Shown here: positions 58,130 through 64,000 of the stretch, piece by piece
Layout of the letters: each line of letters starts with the position of its first letter
Position numbering within the stretch: the stretch's first letter is position 1
Source of the DNA: Mobula birostris
Lineage: Eukaryota
NCBI RefSeq assembly: GCF_030028105.1
Contig: NC_092379.1
Coordinates: forward strand, 21,181,309-21,245,308
DNA length: 64,000 bases
Direction: 5' to 3'
Notes under the pieces: model-generated
The model's input: the letters and a program-made list of their open reading frames with translations, nothing else
What the model was told of the DNA's origin: nothing
Databases searched by the model: none
Made by a program: the position numbers and the translations under genes

Positions 58130-61020
58130 ATTAACCACCTGGCCTATAATCTCCTTTCTTCTGCCTCTGTCCCTTCTTAAAGAATAGAGTGACATTTGCA
58201 ATTTCCCAGTCCTCTGGAACCATTTCAGAATCTAGTGATTGTTGAAAGATCATTACTAATGCCTCCACAGTCTCTTCAGCTACCTCTTTCAGAGCCCTGA
58301 AGTGACATCCATCAAGTCCAGGTGATTTAAGCGCCTTCAGACTTTTCAACATCCCAAGCACCTTCTCCTTATTAATAGAAATGACATTCACTTCTGACCC
58401 CTGACACTCTTGCATTTCTGGCATTCTTCTGGTGTGTTCCACAGTGAAGACTAACATAAAATATTTTCTAAGTTCTCCTGTCATTTCTTTACCCACATTT
58501 CTACTTTTCCAGCGTAATATTCCAGTGGTCCGATGTCCATTCTGGTCTCTCATTTACTTGATATATATCTGAAAAAAATTTCGGTATCCTCTTTTATATT
58601 ATTGGCTAGGTTACCTTTATATTTCATCCCTTCTCTCTTTATGTCCTTTTTTAGTTGCCTTTAAGTTTAGGTTCATTTATTGTCATTCATCCAGGTGTGA
58701 ATGCCCATCAATATGGACAAACAAAGCAGCGATTCTCCAGGGCCAAGGTGCAAAACATAGTACAAAGTCATACACAGCACAAACTACAATAGCACATATT
58801 AGATAGCAAGCCTTCTGTTGGTTTTGCTATATTATATGCCCTTTCATTTCCTTTGTGCTGATTTTGACTTCCTTTGATAGTTATGGTTGTTTCATCCTCC
58901 CTTTAGAATACTTCTTCATCTTTGGGATGCATCTTTCCTGTGCCTTCCAAATTTCTCCCAGAAACTCCAGCCTTTTCAATTCTGCCATCATCCCTGTTAC
59001 TGACCCCTTCCAATCTGTGGCTAGTTCCTCTCTCATGTGTCTGTAATTTCCTTTACTGCACTATAATACTGATACATCTGATTTTAACTTCTCCTTCTCA
59101 AACTGCAGGGTGAATTTTATTATATTATGATCATTTTTCCTCAGGGTTCTTTACCTTAAGCTCCCAAATCAAATGCGGTTCATTATCCTACACCCAATCC
59201 AGAATTACTGTTCCACTTTTGGACTCAACCACAAGATGTCCAAAAAACAATCTCATAGGCATTCTACGAATTTCTTCTCTTGGGATCCAGCAACAACCTC
59301 ATTTTCCCAATCTACCTACATATTGAAATCCCCATGATTCTTGTAACTTTCCCCTTTTTACATGCCCTTCCTCTCTCCCATTGTAATTTGTAGCCCTCAT
59401 CCTGGCTACTGTTCAGAGGCCTGTATATAACTCCCATCAGGATCCTTTTCCCCTTGCAGTTTCTTAACTCTGCCTACAGCGATACTACATCTCTGATACT
59501 ACGTCAACTCTTTCTAAGGATTTGATTTCATTTTTTACCGACTGAGCGACCTCATTCCCTCTGCCTACCTGCCTATACTTTTGATACTATGTGTATCTTT
59601 GAATGCTGTGATCTTCTTTCAGCCACGACTCAGTGATGCTCACAACATCATACCTGCCAATCTCTAACTGCGCTACAACACCTTATTCCATATACTGTAT
59701 GCATTCCAATATAACACCTTCAGTCCTGTATTCATCACTCTTTTTGATTTTGGCCCCCTGTTACACTTTAACTCACTCACATGACTTCAATTTTGCCTAT
59801 CATCTGCCTGTCCTTTCCTCTCAGCCTCACTATACACCGCATCTAGTTGTATACCAACTTCCCCACCCTCAGCCCTATCACTCTGGTTCTCATCCCCCTG
59901 CCAAATTAGTCTTAATCCTCCCGAATAGCTCTTGCAAACCTGCCTGCAAAGATATTTGTCCCCCTCGGGTTCAGGTTGTAACCTGTCCTTTTTGTACAGG
60001 TCATACATTCCTCAGAAGAGATCAGAATGGTCCAGAAATCTGGAACACTCCCCCTGCACCAAATCTTTTGCCACACAATCTGCAGCCAAGTCATCTTACT
60101 GTTACCTTCAGTGGTGCATGGCAGCAATCTAGTGATTACTACCCTGGAGGTCCAGTTCTTCAGCTTTCTATCTAACTCCCTATATTCTCTCTTCAGGACC
60201 TCCTCCTTTTCCTACCTATATCGTTGTTACTAATATATACCACGTCTTGCAGCTGTTTACTCTCCCCCTTTAGAACACTCTCGACCTGATCTGAGACATC
60301 CCTGACCCTGGCACCTGTGAAGCAACACCATCAGGGTGTCTCTTTCACATCCATAGAATCTGCTGCCTGCTCCTCTGATTATGGAATCTACTATCACTGC
60401 TGCACTCCTCTTCCACACCCCCACCTTCCCACCTGAGCCATTGGGACAGACTCAGTGCCAGAGAACAGGTCACTGTGTCTGCCCCCTGGTAGGTCATCAC
60501 CTCCATCTATATCCAACGCAGTATACTTATTATTATAACTCTGCACCTATTGTCAGAGCATTTGGAGTGTACTAACAGAAAAAATAAACTTACTATAAAC
60601 TTACTCAGAACATCTGACTGTGTTTGCCCAAGCCAGTTTTCAGGGAAGCCTGTTTCGTCAAAGCCTGACCACTCTAACACTGTTCACTCACACAGTGGCT
60701 ACTCCACTTTCACCTTGCTTCTTTTTATTCATCCCTGCGAAGTGCCTAATAGATTGTTATGATTGCAGTCCCAAAAAAACTTGAGCTCTTTTTAAGCCTT
60801 TTGCTGTGTCACCTTTGAATGTCTTTTCGCCCGATTGTAGCCCACCAAAAAAGTTCCAAAAGCATCTGAGCTCTTTTTAAACTTTGCACTGCGTCACCAA
60901 TGAATGACAGCTTGTGCTGGTTACAAACCATTGTAACGTCCTGAAAACACCCACGCTCTTTTTAAACCTTGCGCTCTGTTATCAATGAATGACCTCTAAC
61001 AATGGTTGCAACCCACTGAA
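58130..61020 (-). mobile_element. Long decayed CR1 including 5' UTR repeats, ORF1 esterase, APE and RT start
   Basis: ORFs 58131-58553, 59787-60008 and 59912-60127; three ~86-bp degenerate repeats (GCTCTTTTTAA) at about 60782, 60867 and 60954. Confidence 0.78.
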
Positions 61021-61879
61021 AAGTAAGCAGTAAAGTCAAGAGCGAAGGTTATGAAAATTACAGTGGAATCCTGTTCAGATGAATAAGTGGACTGAAGGGT
61101 GGTAAATGGAGTTCTATTCAGGGAAGTCCAAGGTGTAATACTTTGGAAATTTAAACCAGGTAGGACGTCCGCAGTGAACGATAGGGTCCTGGAGGGTGTT
61201 GTGGAACAAACAGACCTTGGAGTTCAAATAGAAAGCTGAAAACAGGACTTCCAGTGCAGTAATCTTTGGATTTCTGCCTGTGCCACATGCCTTTGAGGAT
61301 AAAAATAGAATGAGTTGGCAAATGAAAGTATGGTTGAGAAACTGGTACGGGGGGCAGGATTTCAGATTTCTGGATAAAAGATTATAGTTGGGAGCTTAAC
61401 ATCCAAGGATACACAGTGTATCGAAAGGATAGGTAAGTAGGCAGAGGGGGTGGCATGGGAGATGGAGAAACATTGTGGGTAGTGTTAAGGAACTGCAAAG
61501 GTAGAAAGATCCTGAAGGGAGTTATATACAGATTTCCAAACAGCAGCCAGGATGTGGGCGACAAATTACAATGTGAGATATAAAACACAAGTCAAAAGAG
61601 CAAAGTGGCGATATTCATAGATTGGGAAAATCAGGTTTGTTGCTGAATTTGGATTCCAAGAGAGAGAATTTGTGGATTGCCAATGAGATGGATTTTTATA
61701 GCAGCTTGTGCTTGAACCCACCAGGGGATCAAATATTCTGGATTGTGTGTCATGTGATGAAACAGGTTTGATTTGGGAGCTCAAGGTAAAGGAACCCTCA
61801 GGAGCCAGTTATCAAATTATGATAGAATTCACTCCGCAATTTGAAAGGGAGAAGCTAAGGTCAGATTTATCAGAACGTA

Positions 61880-64000
61880 GAAGAGCACAGCACAGGAACA
61901 GACCCTTCAGCCCACAATGTTGTGCCGAATCAGCTAAAAGTAAATCAAAATTCCCCTAAAACTAATCTCTCCTAGTTACACAATGTCTATATCCATCCAT
62001 TTTCCTCATATTCATATGCCTATCCATAAGTCTCGGAAAAGTCTCTAATGTATTTGCCCCAACACTATACATCTCTCATAATCTTGTAAACCTCAGCCTC
62101 CGCCACTCCAAAGAAAACAACCTAAGTTTGTTTAGCCTCTCATGATAGCACATTCCCTCAAAACCAGACAGCAATCTGTTAAACCTCTTCTGCACCCTCT
62201 CCAAAGCCTCAATATCCTTCCTATAGTGGGGTGACCAGAAATGTGTCCAATCCTCCAGATGTGACCTAACCAGAATTTCATAAAATTGCAACATGACCCC
62301 TTGACTTTTGAACTCAATGCCTTGACTAATAAAAGCAAGCATTCAATAAGCCTTCTTAACCACCCTATCCACCAGTGTCGCCGCTTTCAAGGAGCTATGA
62401 ACTTGGACCTTAAAATCTCTCTGCTCAGCAACACTATTAAGCGTCTTACCCTGAACAGTGTACTGTCTCCTTGCATTTGCCTTACCAAGGTGCATCACCT
62501 CACCTTTATCTGGGTTAGGCTCAATCTGTAATTTCTCTGCCCATATCTATATCATGCTCTATTCTTTGCCAGCCTTCTACACTGTCCACAACTCCACGAG
62601 TTTTGGTATCACCTGCAAACTTACTAACCCCCCCATCTACATTTTCATCCAGGTCATTTATATACAGTACGTCACAAACAACGGAAGTATCAGCACAGGT
62701 CCCTGCGGAACACCGCCAATTACAGACCTCCAGCTCAAATAAGTCCCTTTGACCAATACCCTCAGTCTTCTCTGCACAAGCTACTTCTGAATTGAAACAT
62801 CCAATTCGCCGTGGACCCCTTGCATCCTAATATTCTGGATTAGCCTCCCAGGAGAGACTTTATCAAACGCCTTACTAAAACCCATGTGGACAACATCCAC
62901 TGCTGTACCTTGATCTGTCAGTCTTGTCACCTTGTCAAAAAACTCAATCAAGTTGGGAAGGCATGATCTGCCCTGCTGGGGAAATTTTCTCCAGCAATTT
63001 CCCTACAACTGATGTTAGACTCCCTGTTCTATAGTTGCCAGGATTTTCCTTTGTTCCCTCCTTAAATAGAGGTACAACATTAGCTAATTGCCAGTCGTCA
63101 GGAACATTGCCTGTGCCTAGAGAGGAACCAAAGATACTGGTTAAGGGCCGAGCAATCTTCCTCAATTACCTGGGGTAAATCCCATCAGGCCCTGGGGACT
63201 TATCCACTTTAATACTCATTAGTATATACAACACTGCCTTCTCCTTAAACTCTAAATGCCATAACACATCTATACACTCAGCTCTGATCTCCTGCTCCTC
63301 CATGTCATTTTCCTTGGGAAATATTGAAGCAAAGTATTCATTAAGTACTTCATTCACCTTCTCCACATCCAAGCAAATGTTCCCCTCTTTATCCATGAGT
63401 AGCCCTACCTTCTCCCTAGTTATCTTCTTGTTCTTGATGTATGTGTGGAATACCTTGGGATTCAGCTTAATCCTACTTCCCAAGGACTTTTCATGGCCCC
63501 TCCTAGCTTTCCTAATTCCTTTCTTTAGTTCATTTCTGGTTTCTTTATACTCCTCAGGCGCTTTGTTTGATTCAAACTTCTGAACCTTTACATGCTTTTC
63601 CCTTTTCTTCTTGACAAGATTCATCACCTCTCATGACATCCAAAGTTCTCTTATCTTTCCATCTCTGCCTTTCCTTCTAACAGGAACATACATTTACTGT
63701 ACTCTGTGCAATTGGTCTTTAAACACCCTCCACATGTCTGATGTGGACTTGCCAGAAAAAAAGGTTTTCCCAAGTAACACTTCTTAGTTCCTGCCTATAC
63801 TCTCATAATTTGCCCTTATCCAATTTAACAATCTCCTGCAATGACCATACCTGTCCTTATCTATCACTATCCTGAAAGTTAAGGAGTTGTGGTCACTGTT
63901 CACTAACTGCTCGTCCACAGAGTGGTTGATCACCTGGCCAGGTTCATTACCCAACACCAGGACCAGTCCAGACCCTCCTCTTGTTCCACCGTCTCGTGAT
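61880..64000 (-). mobile_element. CR1 LINE, RT region to 3' end
   Basis: ORFs 63166-63627, 62944-63165 and 62076-62342; 3' terminus at about 61880. Confidence 0.88.

Noticed and set aside
58050-58130. Three short TTAACC...GAGTCTGCACTAA repeats
   Set aside because: Small degenerate tandem duplication at a LINE edge with no functional cue.
42414-64000. Additional V segments or other host genes upstream
   Set aside because: No Ig-like or other recognisable host ORF; the ORFs are TE-derived or uninterpretable short frames.

Overview
Eukaryotic, repeat-dense DNA from a cartilaginous fish, most likely a ray or skate (inferred from the IgW-type gene and the CR1/Penelope/V-SINE repeat content). The only host gene is one complete immunoglobulin heavy-chain cluster of the IgW (IgX) isotype on the minus strand, about 16990-42413. 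Its order is leader, VH, JH, CH1, CH2, short secretory tail, CH3, CH4, CH5, CH6 with long secretory tail, a duplicated CH3'/CH4' pair, and a transmembrane exon. Most notable: the V exon runs past its normal end into 8 extra nt and then a 12-bp-spacer RSS, with no free D before the 23-RSS of J. This is the pattern of a germline-joined VD-J gene. CH5 has a +1 frameshift that should disable only the long secreted form. CH4' has lost its original splice acceptor but has an in-frame AG 6 nt upstream. The J-C intron holds an E-box/Runx/Ets-rich island and a G-rich 43-bp tandem array. The rest is nested retroelements: CR1, Rex1/Babar-like and RTE LINEs, SINEs, Penelope-like elements with minimal hammerhead ribozyme motifs, a decayed Sushi-like Gypsy element, and a Gmr1-like LTR element that keeps an open SCAN-containing Gag-protease ORF and sits inside an internally inverted RTE. 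Exon and RSS coordinates were read base by base; transposon boundaries are approximate. No database searches were run.
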